Source: a virus
Lineage: Duplodnaviria > Caudoviricetes
DNA: 49,186 nt
Direction: 5' to 3' (one strand)
IMG/VR virus record: IMGVR_UViG_3300025875_000044
Span: 1 to 49,186 of that record
The notes under the pieces were generated by a model. It had not been told where the DNA came from, did no database searches, and saw nothing but the letters and a program-made list of their open reading frames with translations. Below are positions 27,863 to 36,869 of this stretch, piece by piece (within the stretch, counting starts at the first letter, position 1; each line of letters starts with the position of its first letter). A program made the position numbers and the translations under genes.

Positions 27863-28701
27863 CGGGTGCCGTCCAGGGCGGCGCGGATCTCGGTCATGGC
27901 GGCGTTCCAGCCAGCGGTGTACAGCCCGCCGTCGTCCACACTGCTCGGCCCACTCACGTCCCGCACCCGTCGCACCGTCTCCGCGTCAGCGGACGGCCGG
28001 GCAGCACGCACCAACGCCACGCACTGCTGTCGCACCTCGACACCCGACCCGAGCGGGTCCACGGTGTTGAGGATCTGGCGGGCGAGACCTTCGGTGTCAG
28101 CGGACGGCCGGGCAGCATCCAAGATGGCCACGACGTCGGCAGCCAGTTGGTGCTTGACGTCGTGGCGGCCGGTGCCGTTGCCGATCACGTCTTCTACCCG
28201 CCGCAGCTCGTCGTCCTGCCGCACCTCGGCCGGGGGCAGAGCAGCTAGCGCAGCAGCCGGATCGAGCGGCGTGTGGTCGCGGTCGGCGTGCTCAGGGACG
28301 GGTGCCCCGCAGATTAGGCAGGCCGCGTTCCACACCTCGGCCGGGGAGGCGGGTGCTCGCGTGGGCGTGATGTCACCTCGCTGCGCGGCGTAGACGTCCG
28401 TGGCCAAGCCAGACCACTCGTCGTCGCCGCGGTCGAAGTAGCGGTCGGCCACCTCCGAGGCGATGCCCCACTGCTGCGCCTCGTCCTGCCCCACGGCCGC
28501 GCATCCGGGATGGCATCGTCCGGTCTCGGCGCAGTGCGGGCAGGTGGCCGCCTTGCGCGTCATGCCGTCGGAGGGCTCGGGCGGCAGGGCATACCCCATC
28601 GGGCAGCCTGAACGGTGGTTCCACGGGTTCTGCCAGATGTGCACGTTCAGACCGCACTTGCACAGCTTCCCGTCTCCGGGCGGGGGCGTTGCGGCGGTCA
28701 C
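27859..28701 (-). CDS. Mosaic hypothetical protein with MTAATPPPGDGKL leader
   Basis: GTGA overlap; contains PPAEVRQDDE, two ARPSAD modules and RAALDGTR end. Confidence 0.65.
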   Translation of the reverse strand: MTAATPPPGDGKLCKCGLNVHIWQNPWNHRSGCPMGYALPPEPSDGMTRKAATCPHCAETGRCHPGCAAVGQDEAQQWGIASEVADRYFDRGDDEWSGLATDVYAAQRGDITPTRAPASPAEVWNAACLICGAPVPEHADRDHTPLDPAAALAALPPAEVRQDDELRRVEDVIGNGTGRHDVKHQLAADVVAILDAARPSADTEGLARQILNTVDPLGSGVEVRQQCVALVRAARPSADAETVRRVRDVSGPSSVDDGGLYTAGWNAAMTEIRAALDGTR

Positions 28702-29006
28702 GACTGGGCTCGCAGCCGGTCGATCTCGGCGGCGATCAGGGCGCCAGCCTTGACCAACTCCCGCACACGGTCGTCTGGCGTTGGCTTCCACCATGAGCGG
28801 TGCCAGGGCCACGCGACGGGCACGACGTGCCCGTCGCGGTAGTGCAGCGCTCGGGAGATGCGGGGAGCGGCGTAGCAGGCAGCAGCGGCGGCCAAGACCC
28901 CGGCGGGGTACTCAGCGTCGTGCTCGGGGGTCCAGCCCTCGGCGTCGATCTGCCGCTGCCGCTCGGCCGCGATTAGGTCGGCGCCGGTCGTCGGGTTCTC
29001 AGTCAT
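28698..29006 (-). CDS. Phage protein (IAAERQRQ...GWTPEHD type)
   Basis: IAAERQRQI, GWTPEHD, ELVKAGALIAAEIDR; RBS GAGGAG. Confidence 0.8.
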   Translation of the reverse strand: MTENPTTGADLIAAERQRQIDAEGWTPEHDAEYPAGVLAAAAACYAAPRISRALHYRDGHVVPVAWPWHRSWWKPTPDDRVRELVKAGALIAAEIDRLRAQS

Positions 29007-29304
29007 GATCGGTCTCCTCGCTGGTTGTGTGGTGGGCGGCGCGGAGAGCAGCGGCACGGTCGCGGAACTCGCGCAGCACGGCCGCGTCGGCATAGCCGGT
29101 GCGAACCGTCCAGTCAGCCATCGACGTCAACGCCTCGGCGGCGGCTTCGGCGCGCAGGCGGCCCACCAGCTCGGTGAGGACGTCGGCTAGATCCATGGCC
29201 GAACTGAGCCCCACTGCGCCGAAGCAGTCGAGTACCACAGGCTGACCGAGCAAAGTTGCGGCCAACCTTTCCGCGATCTGTTCGCGGCTAGTCGGCGCGA
29301 TCAT
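28999..29304 (-). CDS. Hypothetical protein
   Basis: Coupled ORF. Confidence 0.65.
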   Translation of the reverse strand: MIAPTSREQIAERLAATLLGQPVVLDCFGAVGLSSAMDLADVLTELVGRLRAEAAAEALTSMADWTVRTGYADAAVLREFRDRAAALRAAHHTTSEETDHD

Positions 29305-29687
29305 GAGCCTGCCACCGCGGTGAGAGCGGTACGGAGGGCTGTCGCCCGCGCGCCGATGTCTCGAGCGGCTGCGACATCACCGGCGTCGGCGTAGTTCCTG
29401 GCTCGTCGCGCCCACGTCTCGGCGAGCTCCGCCACTGCCCGGATGGTGTCGACCAGGGCAGTCAGCGCGTTCACCGCCGCGACGATCAGCGCCGCGTCGG
29501 CGTGGTCCACGACGAGAGCGACCTCATCGTCAAACCCGTCCGGAACGTCGGGCGCCCAAACGCGCCCCTCGTGCTGCATCCACGTCTCGGGCTGCTCGGT
29601 GTTGTACGCCCACGCACCCGACGTGGCCTTGGCCCGCAGTTCGGTCAGCTCGTCCAGCCAGGCGGTGAGGGCGGTCGGCGCGGTCAT
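29301..29687 (-). CDS. Ead/Ea22-like protein
   Basis: LRAKATSGAW...DAALIVAAVN. Confidence 0.6.
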   Translation of the reverse strand: MTAPTALTAWLDELTELRAKATSGAWAYNTEQPETWMQHEGRVWAPDVPDGFDDEVALVVDHADAALIVAAVNALTALVDTIRAVAELAETWARRARNYADAGDVAAARDIGARATALRTALTAVAGS

Positions 29688-30067
29688 GCGGTGCCACACA
29701 CAACGGCGCGGATGGCGCTAGCAGCATCCGCGAGAGTGGAAGCGCACCCGCGGTCGAACTCGTTGACCCCGGGCGGCTTTGCCAAAGCCTCGAAGTTGGC
29801 GGCCAGCTCCAGCACCCGTGCCACTCGCGGGTCGGGCTGGTCCCGCAACACGGCCAGAGCGGCAGCAACGGCGTCGTAGTTGAGCAGCCAAGCTGCAACC
29901 GCCGTGCCCTTCTCGAAGTTCAGCCCACGCGATCCCAGTTCGGTCTCCAGCGCGTCGCCCAGGGCGCCGATCAGCAGCACCTCCTCGGGCACGGGCGCCG
30001 ACTCGAACGGTGCGATGCGCGCCTCGAACACGGCATCCGGGGCGGTGGACATGTCCACGGGGGTCAT
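29684..30067 (-). CDS. Hypothetical protein
   Basis: ATGA-coupled ORF. Confidence 0.65.
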   Translation of the reverse strand: MTPVDMSTAPDAVFEARIAPFESAPVPEEVLLIGALGDALETELGSRGLNFEKGTAVAAWLLNYDAVAAALAVLRDQPDPRVARVLELAANFEALAKPPGVNEFDRGCASTLADAASAIRAVVCGTA

Positions 30068-30786
30068 AGCCACGCCTCCATAGCGTCGAGTTCCGCGTGA
30101 GTCAGCCCGGTCCGAAAGTCGGGCCGAACAGCGAGCACATTCGGATGCGCCTGCACCCAGCCGTGCGCTTCTCGGTCGTAAGGTCCGTGATCGTCGTCAA
30201 TCCAGACGATGCGACGGTCGGGGTCCGATTCGGCGATCTCCCGAGCGTGGTGCAACTTCCACCAGCCGGGGAGGCGCTCCGTCCGGTGCTCGGAGTGGGT
30301 GACCAGGCCGCGCGGGAGGCCCATCGGTTCGGCCAGCAGCCTGTCGGCGTCCTCACACCACGTCGTGAGCCACTGAATCTCGACGCGCCCTTCGTCGTGC
30401 AGCGCCCGCAGTCGGGAAACCACCGACGGGTCCCAACAGATCCGGTAGCCGTTGAACATGCCCGTCTCCCACCCCGCAGGCAGCTTCATCACCAACCCGT
30501 TGAGCACGCCGTCCACATCCAGCAACAGCAGTGGCTTCTCCACGGTGGTCATGACGCCGGCTCCGGCGGAGCAGGACGGCCGGGAGGCGAGAGCGGTGCA
30601 GTGGTAGCTGTGCCGACCGAATGAGCCGCACACCGCGCACGCCCGCTCGTCGTCCTGCTGCGCCTCGGCCGGGGGCTCGGACGGCGCGGCGGGGCACTCG
30701 TCCCCGCACACGCCCCGGGTCCACTCCAACCCGATGCAGCAGCGCGACAGCTTCCCGTCTCCGGGCGGGGGCGTTGCGGCGGTCAC
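30064..30786 (-). CDS. HAD-family phosphatase (RNA-repair-associated type) with a Cys-rich N-terminal module
   Basis: LLLLDVDGVLN, WLTTW, WWK, VWIDDD; alternative start ATG 30552. Confidence 0.85.
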   Translation of the reverse strand: MTAATPPPGDGKLSRCCIGLEWTRGVCGDECPAAPSEPPAEAQQDDERACAVCGSFGRHSYHCTALASRPSCSAGAGVMTTVEKPLLLLDVDGVLNGLVMKLPAGWETGMFNGYRICWDPSVVSRLRALHDEGRVEIQWLTTWCEDADRLLAEPMGLPRGLVTHSEHRTERLPGWWKLHHAREIAESDPDRRIVWIDDDHGPYDREAHGWVQAHPNVLAVRPDFRTGLTHAELDAMEAWL

Positions 30787-31031
30787 AATGGATCTCCATT
30801 CTTGGTGATGCGATCAGCGATGACCTGCGCGAGAAGGGCAACGTACTTCTCCTCGGCTTTCTTCTTCTGATATGCACGCTCAGCGAGCATCATCGACACA
30901 GCGAAGAGTAACGCAGCCGAGTAGTGCCAGTTGTCCAGCGGCCAGCACGCGACGACCAACCCGAAATAGCACAGGAGCTGCACGGCGATACACACCGTGG
31001 TCATTTGGGGCTTGTGCAGCTGCACAGTCAT
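30783..31031 (-). CDS. Membrane protein
   Basis: Two hydrophobic helices. Confidence 0.6.
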   Translation of the reverse strand: MTVQLHKPQMTTVCIAVQLLCYFGLVVACWPLDNWHYSAALLFAVSMMLAERAYQKKKAEEKYVALLAQVIADRITKNGDPL

Positions 31032-31033
31032 GG

Positions 31034-31315
31034 TCACCAGCTCCAGGGGTTCCACCAGTGGTTCACGGACTCACGGATGACCGGCTTCATCGGACGGTGA
31101 ACGCCGGGCGAGTAGTCGCAGACGATGTCGTTCACCGACAGCTGGTAGGTGCACCACCAGTCGGTCTTGTCAGGGCCGACATCCTCGGACGAGATGTAGC
31201 TCGTGTCGACGTCGATGCGGGGTCCAGCCGCCGCATCGGATGCCGTCGCGATGGAGCTGCCGAGGATTGTGGCGGCAACTGCAGCCGTGACGATCGCGGG
31301 CAGAGCACGTCGCAT
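31034..31315 (-). CDS. Small secreted protein
   Basis: MRRALPAIVTAAVAAT signal peptide; RBS AAGGAG. Confidence 0.7.
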   Translation of the reverse strand: MRRALPAIVTAAVAATILGSSIATASDAAAGPRIDVDTSYISSEDVGPDKTDWWCTYQLSVNDIVCDYSPGVHRPMKPVIRESVNHWWNPWSW

Positions 31316-31319
31316 GGTG

Positions 31320-31529
31320 CTACTCCTTGGTGTTGGTGTCGATGTTGGCGGCGTCGGTGTCGACGGGACGAAACTTACCGGGTCCATCCAGTTCAGCGAT
31401 GAACGACGGGTGTCCGTGCTGATCGCGCAACGTGCTCTCCATCGCGGCATGCGCGGCATTGATCTCGCCTGCGTCAGTGACGCGCGAATGCCATCGATCG
31501 ACCAGCTCGCGGATCTCATGCGGCGTCAC
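31320..31529 (-). CDS. Hypothetical protein
   Basis: GTGA-coupled. Confidence 0.55.
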   Translation of the reverse strand: MTPHEIRELVDRWHSRVTDAGEINAAHAAMESTLRDQHGHPSFIAELDGPGKFRPVDTDAANIDTNTKE

Positions 31530-31777
31530 GACAGCTCGTTGACCGCATCGGCCGTGATGTTGAAGATCTTCTCCGCGATGGTGAAACCGGCGCGATTCAG
31601 GAACTTGTGCTTCGAGTTCTTGGTCTCGCGGTGCATGACGCCGGCGAGCGTGGTGAGGAACACCGCGAGCTGCTTCTTCGGCGGCCACACCTGCTCGGCG
31701 GCACGGATGGCGTCCGGGACGGCCTCGGTGATGGCGTCCTTGACGACCGTACCAGGGGAATTCTTCGTGTCAGTCAT
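31526..31777 (-). CDS. Hypothetical protein
   Basis: ATGA-coupled, RBS GAGGA. Confidence 0.7.
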   Translation of the reverse strand: MTDTKNSPGTVVKDAITEAVPDAIRAAEQVWPPKKQLAVFLTTLAGVMHRETKNSKHKFLNRAGFTIAEKIFNITADAVNELS

Positions 31778-31971
31778 GACTTCCTCTTCACGGTGTGACG
31801 AACCTGCACGGCGGAGTGCCGAGCAGGAGTCTTGGTCGCAGCGTGACGTCCAGCCACAGGCTTGCGGATCGACGCGATGCCGAGGGAGACCAGCGCCAGG
31901 AGCAGCGCGATCATCACGAAGGTGTAGTGGGCGACGGTCTGCACGGCGCGCTCGCGGCGAGTGGTGATCAC
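31774..31971 (-). CDS. Small membrane protein
   Basis: One hydrophobic helix; GTGA-coupled. Confidence 0.65.
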   Translation of the reverse strand: MITTRRERAVQTVAHYTFVMIALLLALVSLGIASIRKPVAGRHAATKTPARHSAVQVRHTVKRKS

Positions 31972-32150
31972 GACGGGTCCTCAGCGGGACGCGTGCCGAC
32001 CTGCTGCTTGAGGATCTCGAGACGTCCCTCGATGCGCCCGGCCTCGTACGCGTCGTCCAGCGCTGTCTTCACGGCGTCGATGGTCTGCTGACGCGTCGCG
32101 CCGTACGGCAACGTGTCGAGTACGACGCGTGCGCGGAATCCTGTATTCAT
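31968..32150 (-). CDS. Hypothetical protein
   Basis: RBS GAGGA behind a promoter. Confidence 0.7.
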   Translation of the reverse strand: MNTGFRARVVLDTLPYGATRQQTIDAVKTALDDAYEAGRIEGRLEILKQQVGTRPAEDPS

Positions 32151-32184
32151 CTGCTTCCTCTTCCTGGGTTGTGGTGCTGAGAAC

Positions 32185-32213
32185 AACCTAACAGGCCGCG
32201 CGTCAGGCGTCAA
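32185..32213 (-). promoter_or_regulatory. Sigma70-type promoter
   Basis: TTGACG-N17-TAGGTT. Confidence 0.7.
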
Positions 32214-32225
32214 CCGCAACGCGAC

Positions 32226-32384
32226 TTACTCGCACGAATCTGGCGAGACCGTGTCGCCCTCCTTGAGACTGCTGACTGCGACACGGGCCAGCTTCGTGGG
32301 CTGGACTTCGGTGCGTGCAGGCCGGTTCGGGACGAACGTGTCAGACGTGGAGTCGTAGTCGGTGATGGAGTCCGGTGTGGGCAT
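32226..32384 (-). CDS. Small leaderless hypothetical protein
   Basis: ATG 6 nt after TAGGTT; 52 aa. Confidence 0.55.
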   Translation of the reverse strand: MPTPDSITDYDSTSDTFVPNRPARTEVQPTKLARVAVSSLKEGDTVSPDSCE

Positions 32385-32390
32385 GCGTTG

Positions 32391-32419
32391 AACCTAACCT
32401 ATGAGGGAGGGGCTGTCAA
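32391..32419 (-). promoter_or_regulatory. Sigma70-type promoter (leaderless)
   Basis: TTGACA-N17-TAGGTT. Confidence 0.75.
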
Positions 32420-32742
32420 CCGTCTTCCCGTGGCCAGGGGCGTTCTTCGCTCCATTGCCAGGTGTCCAGTGCGTGGTACGCAGCGTTCTGCGCGTCGTGC
32501 AGGATGTAGAACATCGGCTCGGGTGGGCGAACCATCATCAGTGCCTTAGCGATGCACTTGCCCGTCTCTTCGATCGCGGCACCGGCGTTCCGACGCCACT
32601 CCCACCGTTCTCGACACGTCATCAACGCTTTGTTCCATGTCTCACCCCGCTCCTGTGCACGCTCCAGCCGACGGCACACACCATCTTCCAGCGGGTAGCC
32701 GCACAAGCAGTGCGCCGGATGGTTCGGATCGCGGATGGTCAT
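32416..32742 (-). CDS. Hypothetical protein
   Basis: ATG 32742 near an AT-rich promoter-like segment. Confidence 0.55.
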   Translation of the reverse strand: MTIRDPNHPAHCLCGYPLEDGVCRRLERAQERGETWNKALMTCRERWEWRRNAGAAIEETGKCIAKALMMVRPPEPMFYILHDAQNAAYHALDTWQWSEERPWPREDG

Positions 32743-32852
32743 TTGGCCAATATAACATAAGATACGTGGTGTCAACCGCAGTTTCCGGGGCTGAGCGCAC
32801 GAAGGCGGAGCCGATGATGTTCTCGACTCCGCCTTCACGTGATGCGTGTGCG

Positions 32853-33122
32853 TTACTCGTCTCGACCAAACGCTGTGTCACGCGCCTTACGCAGTTCGCG
32901 AATCAGATTGTTGATACCAGTCCGGTCGAGGTCACAGAACCAGCCGGGCTCCACAACGTCCAGATTCTTCCCGTCTGAGTCAACAAGTCCACCTGCCGGG
33001 TAAACCGTCGCGAGCTGCACGCCACCGTACTTGTTCCATCCGACAACAATCATGAAGTCCGGATCGTTCGGAGTACTTCCCGTCGGGTTGTACATTCCTG
33101 CATGCATCGTTGTTTTTGGCAT
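32853..33122 (-). CDS. Phage hypothetical protein
   Basis: VGW...VQLAT...LDRTGINNLIRELRKARDTAFGRDE. Confidence 0.7.
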   Translation of the reverse strand: MPKTTMHAGMYNPTGSTPNDPDFMIVVGWNKYGGVQLATVYPAGGLVDSDGKNLDVVEPGWFCDLDRTGINNLIRELRKARDTAFGRDE

Positions 33123-33171
33123 CACGCGCTCTATTCCGCCCATCACGGGCTTCGCCCAGCCTCACGCCGGG

Positions 33172-33209
33172 GGTGAACTGAACCTAGTTCACCAAGTACA
33201 TCTGGTCAA
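33172..33209 (-). promoter_or_regulatory. Promoter with operator-like palindrome over the -10
   Basis: TTGACC-N17-TAGGTT; GGTGAACT-N6-AGTTCACC at 33172-33193. Confidence 0.65.
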
Positions 33210-33422
33210 TCCCACACTACGCGAGCTGTGGCACAGAAGTTTCCGGGGATCGGGGCGAAATTGGGGAAATTCTGTACGGGACCAGCGCGTGTTCTGAGCC
33301 GATCTTGTGATGGACGCACGTGGCTTGGGTTGTGATCTTGGTGCAGATGTCCCAAGATCTTGTCAGATTGTGCCATACCGTGACAGATCACGTGTCATCG
33401 TGTTGGCAACCTGTGCAGCGCA

Positions 33423-33620
33423 TCAGCCGAGAGGCGCGCCATTCTCGTCTTGCCGTCGAATGGCGAGTCGGTCTGGGCAACCTGGGATGTTCATTCCTTG
33501 TGGAATGGGGTTCACAAGCAAAGCGTTCACAGACACGAACACCCAGCGCCTGCATCCACACGTGCTGGCGTGCTGACTCTCCGGGTACGGGTCGATGTGC
33601 GCGCAGACAGTTGACGACAT
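33423..33620 (-). CDS. Small Cys-rich protein
   Basis: RBS GAGAGG. Confidence 0.5.
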   Translation of the reverse strand: MSSTVCAHIDPYPESQHASTCGCRRWVFVSVNALLVNPIPQGMNIPGCPDRLAIRRQDENGAPLG

Positions 33621-33637
33621 GGGCCCATCAGGTCCTC

Positions 33638-34435
33638 TCAGAACTTGACTGGAGCTGGCATGGGTGAGTCGACCTGACCTTCGACCACGATCGGGCTGGT
33701 GGCCCGCTCAGCCGCTACTCGCACGGGCTGGCCGCTGGCCTCGTCGCTCATGGCGCCGCCTTCGATCGCTCGCTGCAACTCGCGACCGATCGCCGTCCGA
33801 ACCCTGGTGTCATGGGGGTCAAGACCTAGGGCTGTGATAGCTCGCACAAACGCTTCCTCAAGCTGGTCAACGCCCTTCTCTGCAAGCCTGACACGCCTTT
33901 CCTCAAGGCCTGAGCGCACAGCTGCAGTGGCCACCTGAGCAAGGTGCCTACGCTCGCGCTCAAGTAGCTCCCACCACACGTTCACCTGGGCACGCTGCTC
34001 TGTGCGCTCAAGCGTGTAATTGCCTCCCTGCCCTCCTGTGCGCTCCTCTTCGAGCTGCAACGCTTCCTGCCACACAAGCTCTTCCTTGGTAAGCAAGCGT
34101 ACCTGTTCCTCGAGATAGCGCACATAGCCTGCACTGCGTGCAATTTCTTCCATTACCGCAGCGCCAGGATCTACATAAACCATAGGTCCCATGTCAGGCA
34201 TCTCGTGCTCCCACTTCCTGCGTTGTGCGTCCTGTGTCACAAACATCCCTGTGCTGATTGCCAGGGCTGTGGGGGATTGGCCTACCTGCGACGCAGCAGC
34301 TCGCTGCAGACGGCGCCAGGCTCGAGTGCCTGGCTGCCCAGGTACCCGTGCTGACGCCCCTTGCGTCCGTTTTGGCACAATATGCACCCCGTTCTGGCCT
34401 GCACAATGTGACAACTCTATCGCATACGCGGGCAT
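33638..34435 (-). CDS. Putative terminase small subunit-like protein
   Basis: VDP..A..EEIARSAGYVRYL...VNVWWELLERERRHLAQV...GLEERRVRLAE resembles actinophage TerS-like proteins; start uncertain. Confidence 0.5.
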   Translation of the reverse strand: MPAYAIELSHCAGQNGVHIVPKRTQGASARVPGQPGTRAWRRLQRAAASQVGQSPTALAISTGMFVTQDAQRRKWEHEMPDMGPMVYVDPGAAVMEEIARSAGYVRYLEEQVRLLTKEELVWQEALQLEEERTGGQGGNYTLERTEQRAQVNVWWELLERERRHLAQVATAAVRSGLEERRVRLAEKGVDQLEEAFVRAITALGLDPHDTRVRTAIGRELQRAIEGGAMSDEASGQPVRVAAERATSPIVVEGQVDSPMPAPVKF

Positions 34436-34513
34436 GCGTGTGCGGATGGGCGCTCGTGAAGCGTTGTGCGCCTGGCCTACCTTTCCCCCCTTTGTGTCCC
34501 ATGTTCCCAGATA

Positions 34514-34972
34514 TCATAAGTTATATTCCCCGTCTTCATCAACGGCGCTGCATTCTAGGTCCGGCGCGTTCCATGCAAGACCAGCGTCCCTCAGGCCCAA
34601 GCCGCTCATGACCACGTTCCAGATCTCCGGCTTCCGAACGTCGTACCCACCCGTGCTGTCCGGGATCGTCAACCGATGACCATCCCACATGATCGACGCG
34701 CAGTGGGTCATGACAGTCGGCTCATGCCATTCGTACGGGCGCTGTGTGATCTGATCCTGACCACCAATGCACCGAACGTTCTCGATGTCCCGATCCGCGC
34801 CCGTGCTGCCAACCCGCATGATGAGATGTTCGTTCGCACAAACGTCACATCTCATGATCCATGCGACCGGCAGCACATCCAACGTACTCGCCCACTCCCG
34901 ATACAGCGTGGTGCAGATCTCGTGTGTCCTGTTTCCAGATTCCTCGTGAACAGATCCTGCCCGATCAAACAT
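34514..34972 (-). CDS. Hypothetical protein
   Basis: RBS GAGAGGA; CxxC. Confidence 0.55.
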   Translation of the reverse strand: MFDRAGSVHEESGNRTHEICTTLYREWASTLDVLPVAWIMRCDVCANEHLIMRVGSTGADRDIENVRCIGGQDQITQRPYEWHEPTVMTHCASIMWDGHRLTIPDSTGGYDVRKPEIWNVVMSGLGLRDAGLAWNAPDLECSAVDEDGEYNL

Positions 34973-35020
34973 CGTCCGTTCCTCTCGTCGTTGTCGCATT
35001 GTGCAGGCCCCGTCAACCAA

Positions 35021-35340
35021 GCTGTCAGGGTAGCTGCATCAGCTAACTCTATATACGAACCTTGCGTATTTTGTGTCATCACTCGTCGTATACGGATTTA
35101 CTATATTACCCTGTCTACTCTGTCTACCCTGACAGATAGTAGTTGTATATAGCAGTTGAAGTGGGGAAACACAATTTGTGCAACCCGTCAACCACTACCA
35201 ATCTACGTCGCCATTGCCCCGCCGTTCAGTCTCTCTGACCCTGACACACCCAACACAAGTTGTGCAAACACAAATTGTGCTAAGATCAACGATCTTGGTG
35301 TCGTACTAACCGCGAAGCGCGACCCTGACAGATCGGTACG
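35021..35340. other. Candidate replication origin
   Basis: AT-rich non-coding DNA directly after the helicase with repeated ACCCTG(A/T)C and ACAA..TTGTGC motifs. Confidence 0.55.
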
Positions 35341-35357
35341 ACTCGCCATTGCGGTAG

Positions 35358-36869
35358 TCACAACCCGGTAACCCACGCAGAACGACTCAGCATCGCCTGA
35401 CCAGCCATATTCAGCTCGAGTCCGCGATACGCCGTAGCCCGCTTGTTCGGCGCCACCGTCACGCGCCCGGTACCGTCCAGGTGCGGGATGTTGGCGTGCA
35501 GGTCGCGCCCGAAGTGGACTTCGTTGGACGCGCGGATGTTCTTTGTCTCGCACCACTGCCGGTACACGGCGAACAGGTCCGCCTTCACGACCTGCGCCAT
35601 GGGATCGATGCGGCACATCTCCTCGAGGAACAGCTTGGTCGTACTGCCCAGGTTGGCCAGCAGGTCCAGTCCTTCGGCCGCAGACTTCGGCTGCGCGAAC
35701 CGCGTGCGCTCCACCAGTCGATCCAGGCCGTCAAGCGCCCACATGAGGATCCCGGGCAACTCACCCAGCAGCTTGCCCGTGAGGTTGGCGTCACGTTTGG
35801 CCGCCGGGATCTCGTTTGTGAACTTGAGCATGAGCATGCGCGACCGAAGCGCACCGGATTCGTCCTGCATCTTCGGTACTTCGTTCGAGACCAGCATGAA
35901 CCTCGTCGGCAGCCGCGACGAGTACATGGGCTGGCCCTTCTTTTCAACCGATACGGGGTCCTCCCCCGTGATGCTGAGCAGCCGCTCAACCGCTACGCCA
36001 TCGTCTCGCGATCGGAAGCGCGTATCCTGCATGACCGCCAGGCCCTTGGTCTCGATGCCCTCCAGGCCGAACCTCTGATTGAGATCCGCCAGCGAGACCG
36101 AACCCACGTTGTGGTCGCCGCCGAGCAGAGCGGTGAGAACGCGAATGATGGTTCCCTTCCCGCACCGTGGAGGGCCGACCATCATGAACATCGTCTGAAG
36201 ATCCGTGCGGTACGTGAGCAGGTAGCCGAAGATCTCTTGCAGCGTTGCCACCGAATCAGGATCGTCCGGCCAGACCTCGTGCAGGAACTTGAACCAACCC
36301 CGTGGCGCAGGAGCCTCCGGACTGAAGTCGTACGTGACTGCATAGTGATTGTAGAGCCGCGGCGTGTGGGCCCACAGCTGCCGTGACATGGCATGCACGA
36401 TGCCGTTCTGGCAGGCGATCATGTCGCGTGCGTCAACCGGCGGGCTCTCCATTGCGACGTTCTCATCTGGCTCGAACCAGCAGGGAACGTCCGTGTCGCG
36501 GTCGAGGTACAGCTTGGACTTGATGTTCTCTGCGATGAGCTTGGCTCGATTGTTGTCTACCTCGAAGTCTACCCACGCTGGCAATGCGTTCGCACCAGTA
36601 CCGATACGTCCTACGTACACGGCGCGCTCGAACGTTGCATAGATCTGACTGTGCAACGCTCCTTCGTCCATCTCGCGCCAATGTGTGTCAGTCCAGCGGT
36701 ACAGCTTGCCACGGTGGCAGACCAGCTTGTAGCCATCGCCCTGCTTGTAGAATGCGTCCAAGAAGCGAATCGCATTGAGATCTGAACGTTTCGGCGCATC
36801 ACATCGGAACGTGCCCGGCGGCTGAGGTCCGATGCCGTTCGGGACTGTGTTGACGATCGGTGCTGTCAC
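35358..36869 (-). CDS. P4/D5-family SF3 helicase (primase-associated)
   Basis: D5_N-like IACQNGIV...HTP; Walker A GPPRCGKGT; ITGEDPVSVEKK; SNEVP; C-terminal winged helix. Confidence 0.92.
   Translation of the reverse strand: MTAPIVNTVPNGIGPQPPGTFRCDAPKRSDLNAIRFLDAFYKQGDGYKLVCHRGKLYRWTDTHWREMDEGALHSQIYATFERAVYVGRIGTGANALPAWVDFEVDNNRAKLIAENIKSKLYLDRDTDVPCWFEPDENVAMESPPVDARDMIACQNGIVHAMSRQLWAHTPRLYNHYAVTYDFSPEAPAPRGWFKFLHEVWPDDPDSVATLQEIFGYLLTYRTDLQTMFMMVGPPRCGKGTIIRVLTALLGGDHNVGSVSLADLNQRFGLEGIETKGLAVMQDTRFRSRDDGVAVERLLSITGEDPVSVEKKGQPMYSSRLPTRFMLVSNEVPKMQDESGALRSRMLMLKFTNEIPAAKRDANLTGKLLGELPGILMWALDGLDRLVERTRFAQPKSAAEGLDLLANLGSTTKLFLEEMCRIDPMAQVVKADLFAVYRQWCETKNIRASNEVHFGRDLHANIPHLDGTGRVTVAPNKRATAYRGLELNMAGQAMLSRSAWVTGL

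Larger units (their letters stand above)
28662..30786. repeat. 40-nt perfect direct repeat (28662-28701, 30747-30786) encoding the MTAATPPPGDGKL gene start
   Basis: acagcttcccgtctccgggcgggggcgttgcggcggtcac twice. Confidence 0.95.

Noticed and set aside
26809-30786. CRISPR array or DGR template/variable repeat
   Set aside because: Repeats are few, irregularly spaced and protein-coding; no adenine-specific mismatches, reverse transcriptase or cas gene
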